Assembly (NCBI RefSeq): GCF_964355755.1
Contig: NC_092671.1
Coordinates: 40,806,304-40,870,303, forward strand
Origin: Antedon mediterranea
Taxonomy: Eukaryota; Animalia; Echinodermata
DNA: 64,000 nt
Direction: 5' to 3'
Positions within the stretch are counted from its first letter, which is position 1. Every line of letters starts with the position of its first letter. Below are positions 54,101 to 64,000 of the stretch, piece after piece. The notes beneath the pieces were generated by a model. That model worked only from the letters and a program-made list of their open reading frames with translations. It did not search any database and was not told the DNA's origin. Both the position numbers and the translations under genes were made by a program.

Positions 54101-57100
54101 TGTTTGAGAATAAAAATACATGTTTCAGTTGAATGACCATTTTTAAACGCATACTGTCGGTCATTTGATTTGAGTGTATCACCACACATATAAATCAAAA
54201 TAGACTCACAAACACTTTAGACATCACGCATTCAAGCGCAATAGGATAGATTTCACAATTGGTATGAGCACAACTTTAGATATCTCTTTTGTCACATGAC
54301 CATGAGATATCATGGCATTAAAGCATATACTGAGGACTACAGAAATTCGCTTACTCGCATACATAATGTGTTCGCCTGTCAAACCATCAAATCCAGGGGA
54401 TTTACCCATGGGGAGTTTATTAATAAAATCATTAACTTGCAAAGAATTAGTACATAAACAGTCATATGCATGTGTATATAACGAATCATTAACAAACTTT
54501 TCATTGGAGACATCAGAGATACAATTAAATAATGATTCATAATGATTAGCCCATTGTTCACAAATTTCATCTTCACCTTTAGCCTGATCAATTGAGTTGG
54601 AAAGTATGTTAGAGTTGGTTTTAGATTTCTTAATCTGTTTCCAAAAAGATTGATAATCATTTTGAGTAAACGATTGGGCCATAGAATCTGCTCTGAGTTG
54701 ATTTTCATTAGCTTTACAAGTTCTAAGAGCTAATTTGAATCTAGAGCGAGATGTTTTCATTGCTTCATATAATGGATCATTTCTAGGTTTACCATTCTCT
54801 TTCCAAAACAAGAAGGCTTCTCTAGCAATACTGTGTAAATCCGAGACATGGTCATTCCATCCAGGAACGATATGTGCATTAATATTATTCTTTCCCCTTT
54901 TTGAGTTACTCAAGGCAATATCAGATGCTTGTTGAAGGCACTTAACAACATCATTGTACAGCTTATCTATTTTATTGATATGCTCCTCATTCGAACATTT
55001 GTCATGAGAGCAAGTAAAACCTTCACTACTTACATTAAGTCTACTCAAAAGTTGGTCAGTAATCATACAATATTTATCGATATCATTTGTTGATACTTTG
55101 TCCCAGTTTACTTTTACATAACAGTCAGAATTAATACTACAGTGTGGATATAGGTCAGTGTTAAATGGCTTATTTACATATGAAAAGGTGATCAGTTTTG
55201 GTAGATGTCGTATCTACAATGTTAAATTTCCTGTGAAAAGAGATGATCAGCTAGTAGTAGAGTGCTCAGGCAAATGGAATACACAAGTTATAATTCTTAT
55301 GTGAAAAAAAGATAAATATTCTACTGGTGGTTGGTTGGTCATAATATGCACATTAAACTGTACTATTATTTTTATTGTATAGGATAACATAACAGATTCA
55401 ATAATTAACAAGATTCAGCCATACATTGACAGCGAAGAGTTCACACCAGCTGCCATTGCTAAGGTGTCCAAAGCATGTACATCAATCTGTCAGTGGACAA
55501 GAGCAATGCACAAATACCACTTTGTTGCTAAAGCAGTTGCACCTAAGAGAGTAAGTCTACTTGGTTACATTACTAGAGTAATGTAAGTATCCATTATAAT
55601 TCAGATTTATTCAGTAAAAACATTGTACATTGCTAAACCCTCAAACTTCACTTTCTTTCATTGTTAAGGAAGATATATTGGAACATCAGGTATTTTGATA
55701 TGTAATATTGTTTAATTGTACTAAATAATGTACTGAAGCAGTTAACTATCAAAGGTCAATAATGTCATCTCTTAATGCTTTATTAACATTTTCTTGGTCC
55801 ATGTATAACATTTTAAAATATTATTTGTGTATCAATTTAACTATTTTAAAATGGTATGTATTTTAACAAGTATAATTGCTAAATGTATGTATAGGTGTTG
55901 TGCTGCAAGTCATGTGATATGATTCATGTTTAATATATGCAGTACATTGTTATGTATTTTGATTGTTATTAGTATTATTATTAATTGATACTTATAAATT
56001 TTCTTTTTGATATGTTTTAAGGAGACACTGATTTTGTCACACTGTGATTTATGCAAAAGTAATTTCAAAGACGTTTAGTTCAGTGTGAAATGTGCTTTTA
56101 AACAAAATATTTTTTACTACAATATTAACATTTTTAATGTTTTTTATATTTAATTCATAAATGTATTATTGTACTGTTTTTCATTTTAGTAATATATCTG
56201 ATATATTATTTCAAAGCCAGTTTATCTACAGTCCAATATTGTTGATTTATTGTTACTACTCCATCTGACTAAGTTGTTTAACCTCACCAGGAACAATTGC
56301 GTATAGCTCAAGCAGATTTGGCAGAGACTCAGCGGGTGTTGGATGCAGCACGAGGCCGTCTACGTGAGGTTGAAGATGGTATAGCTACACTACAAGCCAA
56401 ATATAATGATTGTGTTGCTAAGAAGGAAGAGCTTGAAATGAAATGTGAACAATGTGAAGCTAGATTAGGAAGAGCTGATAAGGTAATACACAGTATAACG
56501 TGAGACTAAATGTATTGCAATGAATTACATACTGTACATCATTATTGCAGTATGAAATGTGAACAATGTAAAGCTAGATTAGGAAGAGCTGATAAGGTAA
56601 TACACAGTATAACATGAGACTAAATGTATTGCAATGAATTACATACTGTACATCATTATTGCAGTATAAAATGTGAACAATGTAAAGCTAGATTAGGAAG
56701 AGCTGATAAGGTAATACACAGTATAACGTGAGACTAAATGTATTGCAATGAATTACATACTGTACATCATTATTGCAGTATGAAATGTGAACAATGTGAA
56801 GCTAGATTAGGAAGAGCTGATAAGGTAATACACAGTATAACGTGAGACTAAATGTATTGCAATGAATTACATACTGTACATCATTATTGCAGTATAAAAT
56901 GTGAACAATGTAAAGCTAGATTAGGAAGAGCTGATAAGGTAATACACAGTATAACATGAGACTAAATGTATTGCAATGAATTACACACTGTACATCATTA
57001 TTGCAGTATGAAATGTGAACAATGTAAAGCTAGATTAGGAAGAGCTGATAAGGTAATACACAGTATAACGTGAGACTAAGTGTATTGCAATGAATTACAT

Positions 57101-60100
57101 ACTGTACATCATTATTGCAGTATAAAATTAACATTCCAATGAGTTGAAAACTTTACATCAGTTACACTATAGTGTACGTTCTCTATATGCCATGAACTTT
57201 TTTAATGTTTTTATTGATATTCTGTTTTATAATCAGCAATCAATTTTGCTTTTATACCTGTTTGTGAAAACACAATAATGATAAAACTTGAACACCTATA
57301 GACTGAATGTATTGAACCTTGCTATATTATCATTATTGTTGCAGATCATTTACATATTCTCCTTAATTGCTTGTACCTAAGTTAAAGACAGCTAAATTAT
57401 TTAACATTTCTTTGTGTTGTAGTTAATAGGTGGCTTAGCTGATGAAAAGGATCGATGGCAGGAATCTGTATCTAAACTGAATGAGATCATAGACAGTATT
57501 GTAGGTGATGTCCTCATATCTGCTGGTTATGTGGCGTACCTTGGTCCATTCACTGTAAGTTATTAAATAATAATATAATATGTTGTGTTATGTACCTGAC
57601 AACCAGCAGTTTACACAAATTGATTTTAAAGGATTTAGGCTTCTGTTTTAATTTTTCATACAACTGACCGATGATAGGAATATGCATCATCATACCCTGT
57701 ATGAGGTTTAATCTTTTAATTTATCAAATTGACTGAGATAGTATATATTTAGGTATATTTATTCATAAAAAGACATCAAAATACAACGGCAGCCAAAAGG
57801 CTGAAAAGTAGTATTTTACAAAATTTGATAAAAATATATACATTCTTTCTTCTATTTTGCAGGGAGAGTACAGACTTTCAATGGCTGAGGAATGGATAGC
57901 TGCATTAGATGCACATCATGTACCTCACACCAGTGACTGTAATTTCCAGAACACTTTTGGTGACCCAGTCAAAATCCGTACTTGGCAGATTGCTGGCCTC
58001 CCTCGAGACAATCTATCAGTAGAAAATGGTGTAATTGTGCAGTTCTCACAACGATGGCCGTTGTTCATTGACCCTCAAGGACAGGCTAATAAATGGATAA
58101 AGACTTTAGTAAGTTCATTTCTCAGTTTTTCATAATGATTTAGGAAAACTTGTAATGGTAGTTGAGTTACTTACTTACTTTAGACTTACTTTAGTGGATT
58201 TGTTTACCAGATTCCCTCAATTTAAGTCTTTGGTTAAACTATAATACAAAGCATACACTTTGATTACAGGAAAAGGACAATGGAGTTGATGTGATAAAAT
58301 TAACAGACAGGGATTTCTTGAGGAGTCTTGAGAATGCTGTAAGGTTTGGTAAACCTTGTTTGTTGGAGAACATTGCAGAAGAACTAGATCCAGCTCTTGA
58401 ACCTATACTACTTCGACAAGTATGTTGGTTTTAATTCAATAAATATACCGTATATACATGGTATTTAACATCCATCCTTGATATACTCATCACATGTCAC
58501 ATTCCTATTCTACTTCGACAAGTATGTTGGCTTCACTCCAATAAATATATATACATAGTATTCAACATCCATCCTTGATACGCACATCACATGTTACCCT
58601 TCTATTCTCATAGACTCTTCAAAGGTTCTCATTAATCAATTAGCAGTAAATTTGATTTATTTGTACATTTTATTCTAGACATTCAAGCAGCAAGGAAGCA
58701 CAGTAATCAAGCTGGGAGATGCTGTTATACCATATCATGATGACTTTAAGTTTTATGTTACTACAAAGTTACCTAACCCACACTATACCCCAGAGGTATC
58801 CACCAAAGTCACACTGGTTAACTTTACTCTGTCACCAAGGTAAATGCCAAATAAGTACACTTTTACAAAATAAACATATAAAATATAAAAACATAAATTG
58901 TGCTGTATAAGAACAGAAATTGTTAATGTTGTTTTTTTCATAAAGGTCTTTTAGATAATAAGGAATAGTGCCCTCTATATTGAAAGTTGGAAACTTTAAT
59001 ATGTTGTTTTCACTTAGTGGTCTTGAGGACCAGCTTTTAGGTTTGGTGGTAGCTGAGGAACGACCAGATCTTGAAGAAGCTAAAAACCAGTTGATTGTAA
59101 GCAATGCGAAGATGAAGCAAGAATTGAAAGAGATTGAAGACAAGATTCTGGAACGACTAAGCAATTCAGAGGGCAATCCTGTAGATGACATTGATCTCAT
59201 TGCTACTTTGGAAGCATCAAAAGTCAAAGCTCATGAAATTCAGGTTAGCAGCTCAAATCCTTTTGAATATTTGTTGTCAGTATGATTAAGATGTTCATTT
59301 TTACTTGTTCTTTTTTACTTGTTCTGTTGCTTTTGTTCTTAATAGGCTAAAGTAGTGGTTGCTGAGCAAACAGAACGTGAAATAGATGAAACTCGTTCCC
59401 AGTACATTCCTGTATCAATCCGTACACAGCTGTTGTTTTTTTGTACAACAGATCTTGCAAACATTGATCCTATGTACCAGTACTCACTTGAATGGTTCAT
59501 CAACATCTTCTTGGCTGGCATTGCAAACTCTGAAAGAGCAGGTTTGTTTTTATCTGCTATATTAGTAGAAACACATTTTACAAAGCCAAAATAATGTAAA
59601 GCTAGTCTAAGTACAGTTGTTAGTTGTTTCTGTCACCTATAATGTATCCACCTATGTTTCCCCAGAAAACGTGGCACAACGTATTGTGAACATCAATGAA
59701 TACTTCACCTTCAGTTTGTACAGCAATGTCTGTCGCAGTTTGTTTGAGAAACACAAGTTGCTCTTTGCATTCTTGCTTTGTACACGAATTATGCAGAATG
59801 ATGGACAAATTAATATGGTGAGTTGTAATGATTTAATATGGTGAGTTGTAATGATTTAATATGGTGAGTTGTAATGATTTAATATGGTGAGTTGTAATGA
59901 TTTAATATGGTGAGTTGTAATGATTTAATATGGTGAGTTGTAATGATTTAATATGGTGAGTTGTAATGATTTAATATGGTGAGTTGTAATGATTTAATAT
60001 GGTGAGTTGTAATGATTTAATATGGTGAGTTGTAATGATTTAATATGGTGAGTTGTAATGATTTAATATGGTGAGTTGTAATGATTTAATATGGTGAGTT

Positions 60101-63058
60101 GTAATGATTTAATATGGTGAGTTGTAATGATTTAATATGGTGAGTTGTAATGATTTAATATGGTGAGTTGTAATGATTTAATATGGTGAGTTGTAATGAT
60201 TTTTAATTGTATTTTAAGATGATTACTTTGTTTTAGTGGTGCTGTTTATACAAACAATACTTCTAAGACTTCAGGCCACAGTTTCAAGATGTTAGGAAAG
60301 AGGGACAGGGGAGAGGTATAACAAATTTCCTAGAATACATTTTTTTCTCTAAATTCACATCAAGACGGTAGAAATACATAATTTTGGTTTATCTTTAGGA
60401 TGAATGGCGTTTCTTATTGTCTGGTGGAACTACAGTTCCAAAAGAGCTTCCAAACCCAGCTAAGGAATGGTTGTCAGAAAGAGCTTGGAAAGAGATCCTG
60501 TCAATGGCATCACTGGTAAAAGACATGACATTTATTTATTTATTCTGTCTCAATACTGAATGACACTTTCAGTGCTAAGGCATTGATTTCTAAAGTGGTT
60601 CAGTAGAAATAGAAAAAAAAGTAATATTTTTAGAAAATTGTCTTTCTTTGCAAGATAGGATATAAAATGCATTTAAAATACTAAAATACGATAAAAAATA
60701 CAAATATGCTAATTTTGTATTGGTTTTAAGAAAACATGTCATTAATACTCTTAGGCAATTACTAGATACATTCCCTTCATCATTGGTTGTCTCATTATTT
60801 ATTGTTTCTTGTATAGAAAACCTTTGAAGTGTTTGCTGAAGACTTTTCAAATCACCTTGATGGATACAAGAGGATCTTTGACAGTGCAGACCCCCACCAA
60901 GAGGACCAGCCTGGAGACTGGAACACCAAGCTTGATAGCTTCCAAAGGATTCTTGTATTAAGGTGTATACGTGCAGATAAAGTTACCAATGCCATGCAGG
61001 TTTGTTTTATTTCAAGACTTAATTTACAAGTTAACAAACCACCAGCCAATGATTTTACACATTTCAATTTGTTTAACAGGACTTTGTATCTACCCACTTG
61101 GGTCAACGCTTCATTGAGCCACAAACTGCTGATCTTTCAATAGCATTTAAAGAGTCTTCTCCAGCATCACCTCTGGTGTTTGTCTTGTCTGCTGGTACTG
61201 ATCCTGCAGCAGATCTCTACAAATTTGCTGAGGAAATGAGATTTTCTAAGAAACTGACTTCTATATCACTTGGACAAGGACAGGTAGAGTAATTTCATTA
61301 TCTAAGTCAATGTCTAATTGTGTGTCTAACCCTAAACAAACACATTATTTCAAACTATTCCATATAATCCTATTAATTATGTTTTCTTTTCTGTAGGGAC
61401 CTCGTGCTGAGGCATTGATGCGAAGTGCTATGGACCGTGGTAAGTGGGTATTCTTTCAGAATTGTCACTTGTCACCAAGCTGGATGCCATCATTGGAGAG
61501 ATTGATTGAAAATATTGACACTGATAAGGTAATAATAATAATAATGTGGATATTATAAGGCAGAAAATCACTCAACTCATTTATGAAACTCTTCATTCCA
61601 AAGATCATTTTTATTGATTAATTAAATCAAATTGAATGGATTGTGGAATAACAATTTCAATAATGGCAAATTTATTGTATTATTTTTTTTGTTGCAGGTT
61701 CACCGAGATTTCCGTTTGTGGTTGACAAGTCTGCCAAGTCCTAAATTTCCAGTTGCAATTTTACAGAACAGTTCAAAGATGACAATTGAACCTCCCAGAG
61801 GAATAAAAGCTAATCTTCTGTCAGCCTATGCAAATCTTAATGACGACTTCCTCAATTCTTGTGGAGAAAAGGTAATCTAGTTTGTAACTCCTTTGTTTAC
61901 CAAATCATATTTCATCAGTTAAATTTATATTTTTTTTATCCAGACAATAATAAAAATTACAATTTATTCAGGTAAATATATATTATGATGATTATACATC
62001 TAACAATCATGAAGTTACAGTAACTATGTGTGAATCAATTACTACTACTTAGGCATTACATGTTTGATTTCATAGTGAAGTAACCACTTCTAAATCATTA
62101 AGGAGTACTTTTTCATATACTTATACCAACATGAAGAATAACAAGGGCCCTGAAATAGAGCGACGTTCTAGTTGCATACCTACATTTTCATTTTCATGTT
62201 ATTTAGACTCCTGCATTCAAAACTCTTCTTCTGTCTCTGTGTCTCTTTCACGGTGTAAACATTGAAAGGCGTAAGTTTGGTGCCCTTGGCTTCAACATCC
62301 CATATGAATTTACAACAGGTGACATGCGTATCTGTATTAGCCAACTCAAGATGTTCTTATTGGAGTATGACACAATTCCATTTAAGGCAAGTTTATTTCT
62401 ATGCTTTTTATTATTACTAATTCCAGTCTACTTTGTAAAAAGTTGTCAACTACAAATTGAAATGTTATTTATTTTCTTGAATGTGATTTGTATTTAGGTG
62501 TTAAAATATACTGCTGGACACATAAATGTTATTTATTTTCTTTAATGTGATTTGTATTTAGGTGTTAAAATATACTGCTGGACACATAAATGTTATTTAT
62601 TTTCTTGAATGTGATTTGTATTTAGGTGTTAAAATGTACTGCTGGACACATAAATGTTATTTATTTTCTTTAATGTGATTTGTATGTAGGTGTTAAAATA
62701 TACTGCTGGACACATAAATGTTATTTATTTTCTTGAATGTGATTTGTATTTAGGTGTTAAAATATACTGCTGGACACATAAATGTTATTTATTTTCTTGA
62801 ATGTGATTTGTATTTAGGTGTTAAAATATACTGCTGGACACATAAATGTTATTTATTTTCTTTAATGTGATTTGTATTTAGGTGTTAAAATATACTGCTG
62901 GACACATAAATTATGGAGGCCGTGTGACTGATGATCAAGATAGACGTTGTATTATGAATATCTTGCAAGATTATTATAATAAAGATGTTTTAAATGAAGA
63001 TCACATCTACTCACCTTCTGGAAAATACAGACAAATACCTACCAACATGGATCACAAT
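24103..63058 (+). CDS. DNAH1: Axonemal dynein heavy chain 1-like (inner arm); 62 coding exons in window, C-terminus beyond window
   Basis: DNAH1-type N-terminus ([36 protein letters not shown]); P-loops [33 protein letters not shown]; stalk, AAA5, AAA6. Phase-consistent exons: 24103-24270, 24742-24900, 25078-25459, 25574-25991, 26197-26354, 26469-26683, 26792-26959, 27065-27195, 27294-27444, 27688-27881, 28015-28240, 28392-28594, 28799-28940, 30744-30899, 32278-32476, 32790-33043, 33292-33504, 35400-35564, 36808-37035, 37169-37348, 37483-37620, 37710-37873, 38281-38485, 38891-39094, 39987-40100, 40285-40434, 41022-41108, 43298-43404, 43507-43833, 44486-44663, 44870-45064, 45275-45394, 47141-47299, 47392-47514, 48105-48245, 48492-48652, 48892-49049, 49189-49362, 49496-49642, 50440-50705, 50842-51038, 51194-51329, 51412-51620, 51801-51972, 52135-52623, 52754-52945, 55383-55550, 56291-56482, 57423-57554, 57863-58108, 58270-58419, 58679-58839, 59018-59243, 59346-59541, 59666-59817, 60399-60515, 60817-60999, 61080-61283, 61397-61528, 61698-61871, 62207-62386, 62882-63058. 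Confidence 0.93.
28995..29716. repeat. Complex T-rich compound minisatellite (~50-60-bp units) in a DNAH1 intron
   Basis: tagcctattctatttcattcttattctgttacctt recurs >10 times with alternating spacers. Confidence 0.9.
30851..32011. repeat. Splice-donor array: 61 bp x19 (exon end + GTAAGT)
   Basis: Donor GT at 30900 repeated every 61 bp to 31998. Confidence 0.97.
33743..35359 (+). mobile_element. Non-autonomous Helentron/Helitron2-like element (HINE/DINE-1 architecture)
   Basis: 5' subTIR ttagttatccgc with adjacent inverted copy gcggataact, poly-T tract, 3' subTIR gcggataactaa (35318-35329), hairpin aactcgtca-aag-tgacgagtt (35328-35348), ends ctagt in T-rich site; CpG-rich body with internal duplication. 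Confidence 0.75.
35663..36700. repeat. Intronic tandem array ~79 bp x13
   Basis: attacatttaaactttgttatccaaccataggaaaactctgttggcctatcaaatgtgcacacataaaataaataagaa. Confidence 0.97.
38281..38485 (+). CDS. DNAH1: DNAH1 exon with AAA1 Walker A (GPAGTGKT)
   Basis: [22 protein letters not shown]...[12 protein letters not shown]. Confidence 0.95.
38708..38925. repeat. Splice-acceptor triplication (77-bp period) with (TAACCC)3 telomeric repeats at both junctions
   Basis: Acceptor AG at 38736, 38813, 38890; taaccctaaccctaaccc at 38772-38789 and 38849-38866. Confidence 0.95.
39146..39742 (+). mobile_element. L2-clade LINE 3' fragment
   Basis: [45 protein letters not shown] is a typical L2 ORF2 end; 3' UTR gcgccttgag..gcgctataaaa + (ATT)n. 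Confidence 0.85.
40387..40891. repeat. Splice-donor array: 50 bp x10
   Basis: CAG|GTAAAA donor at 40435 repeated every 50 bp to 40885. Confidence 0.97.
41151..42182. repeat. Intronic tandem array 49 bp x21
   Basis: acgaagactaaagtattagatctagtctcatgattaggtggtacattac. Confidence 0.97.
42276..43229. repeat. Intronic tandem array 80 bp x12
   Basis: cattcacatttgtacaatttgtaatttgtgcctgccttgttgaatagactacagtccatcttgccgactaattctacttc. Confidence 0.97.
43812..44381. repeat. Splice-donor array: 57 bp x10
   Basis: TG|GTAAGT donor at 43834 repeated every 57 bp to 44347; explains ORF 43803-44390. Confidence 0.97.
45670..45683. promoter_or_regulatory. Consensus-like RFX X-box in a DNAH1 intron
   Basis: GTTGCTATAGAAAC fits GTTNCYATRGNAAC. 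Confidence 0.4.
46193..46826. repeat. Intronic tandem array 57 bp x11
   Basis: atgctggatcagcgccttttgccaatccttgtcaatgtcctacaatcatcagttgta; explains ORFs 46173-46877 and 46319-46831. Confidence 0.97.
46866..47110 (+). mobile_element. tRNA-derived SINE
   Basis: tRNA-like head (ggagttg/caactcc acceptor stem, A box TAGCCGAGTGG, B box GGTTCAATTCC) followed by gtccactcagctgtaaatgagtacc core-like segment; possible TSD cctataaat. Confidence 0.75.
47745..47795 (+). CDS. DNAH1: Candidate alternative cassette exon of DNAH1 ([17 protein letters not shown])
   Basis: TTTCAG| acceptor, GAG|GTTAGA donor, phase 0-0, 51 nt, no stop; internal acceptors give 39 and 24 nt. Confidence 0.5.
49678..50318. repeat. 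Intronic tandem array ~58 bp x11 (diverged)
   Basis: agtaccgatcagattgtgatataggagaaagtaatcttgttggccctataaataatac. Confidence 0.95.
52976..55151 (-). mobile_element. 5'-truncated non-LTR retrotransposon (LINE) with frameshifted reverse transcriptase, antisense in a DNAH1 intron
   Basis: ORFs 55066-54224, 54198-53602, 53693-53127: [45 protein letters not shown]; 3' AATAAA + (GAAT)n tail; flanked by a duplicated aggtcagt..atggct.atttacatat. Confidence 0.9.
56438..57126. repeat. Splice-donor array: 114 bp x6
   Basis: AAG|GTAATA donor at 56483 repeated every 114 bp to 57053. Confidence 0.97.
58402..58597. repeat. Older, diverged splice-donor duplication (~102 bp x2)
   Basis: ctacttcgacaa|gtatgttgg at 58420 and 58522. 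Confidence 0.85.
59809..60201. repeat. Splice-donor array: 23 bp x17
   Basis: ATG|GTGAGT donor at 59818 repeated every 23 bp to 60186. Confidence 0.97.
62387..62881 (+). other. GC-AG intron of DNAH1
   Basis: AAG|GCAAGT donor needed to join ..DTIPFK to [18 protein letters not shown] in frame. Confidence 0.85.
62460..62912. repeat. Splice-acceptor array: 64 bp x7 (acceptor + exon start)
   Basis: TAG|GTGTTAAAA acceptor at 62497 repeated every 64 bp to 62881. Confidence 0.97.
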
Positions 63059-63646
63059 GTAAATATGTTCTTTCTATTTGCCATACAGCCTCTGTTTTAG
63101 TAAATCTAGAATTATACAGAATATAAATATAGATGAAATCCCATGAAATAAAACACTGTGTAGAGTATTTTTTGTTTATTTTGACTAGAAATTAGTGATG
63201 ACGTATTAGCCAAATATAATCACAGATTTAGTTGAGACACTCTCAATAACTCAAGGGGATTATCTATTTCCTTGTTAAATTGTCTAGCCATTATACAGTC
63301 TAAGTAAGTCAAAGCCACATGTCTATTGAACAACAACATATATATATTTAGTGTGACATAGCATTCTTTAAAAACAGAAATTTAAAAAAAATAGGAAAGT
63401 AAATTATGAATGAATTATTATTATTATTAGCTTTATTGGATGGTTTACAATTGAATTCAATCTGTAAACATAGCATATTGCTATAAGAATGTTTTTATCA
63501 ATTGTTCAACAAGCATAAAACTTCTACTGATACTATTATACCATATTTTAATGACCTTTATGACTGTAGGAAATGAGTACAAGTTTGTTAATTATTAAAC
63601 TCTTGCAAAGCATGTGTTGTTTTTACTGAGATTGTGAGAATAAGGA

Positions 63647-63820
63647 CATCTGTTGAATTGCTGTATCTTATACTATAATTCAAATGGATAAGATAATGCT
63701 TTTATGAAGTAAGATATATATATATATTAGATTATAGTCTCCTGATGAGTGAGTTGCACGACTCACGAAACAAGCCTGAAGAGACCAAACTGTAGTTTTT
63801 ACTTCTTTTCCAGACTTAAC

Positions 63821-63866
<46 letters not shown>

Positions 63867-63963
63867 TACTACATAAAAGCATTACTGTATATATATCTTA
63901 CTACATAAAAGCATTATCTTATCCATTTGAATTATAGTATAAGATACAGCAATTCAACAGATG
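63647..63963. repeat. ~75-bp inverted repeat with (TA)n arms enclosing a Penelope-like hammerhead-containing fragment
   Basis: 63647-63726 is the reverse complement of ~63888-63963. Confidence 0.85.
63737..63785 (+). ncRNA. Type I hammerhead ribozyme-like motif, probably mutated
   Basis: gtctc-CTGATGA-gtgagtt(gcac)gactcac-GAAA-caagcctg-aa-gagac; stem I 5 bp, stem II 7 bp; cleavage triplet reads GAA rather than GUH. Confidence 0.6.
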
Positions 63964-64000
63964 CTATGACTTTATCCAAATTCCCTCACTTGCACTGATG

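Overview
AT-rich, intron-rich metazoan (invertebrate-like; taxon not determinable from sequence alone) genomic window. The right 60% is an axonemal inner-arm dynein heavy chain gene (DNAH1-like, + strand, 62 coding exons reconstructed from 24103 to 63058, 3' end outside the window). It lies head-to-head with a 7-finger C2H2 zinc-finger gene (- strand, 16224-18386). A previously hidden 4-kb internally deleted P-element (THAP transposase remnant, TIRs, 8-bp TSD) sits in their shared promoter and itself carries a solo LTR and a Harbinger-type MITE. Other mobile DNA: nested MITEs, a Helentron-like non-autonomous element, tRNA-derived SINEs, LINE fragments and Penelope-like pieces with minimal hammerhead motifs. 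Most unusual: (i) many tandem arrays that copy exon ends together with their splice donor/acceptor (or stop codon) up to 19 times, one with telomeric repeats at the junctions and one in a GC-AG intron; (ii) DNAH1 introns with long G-U-rich helices, one masking a weak 5' splice site and one containing a candidate triple-acceptor micro-exon; (iii) TAGGCCTA/CTAG tracts just downstream of all three inferred transcription starts.
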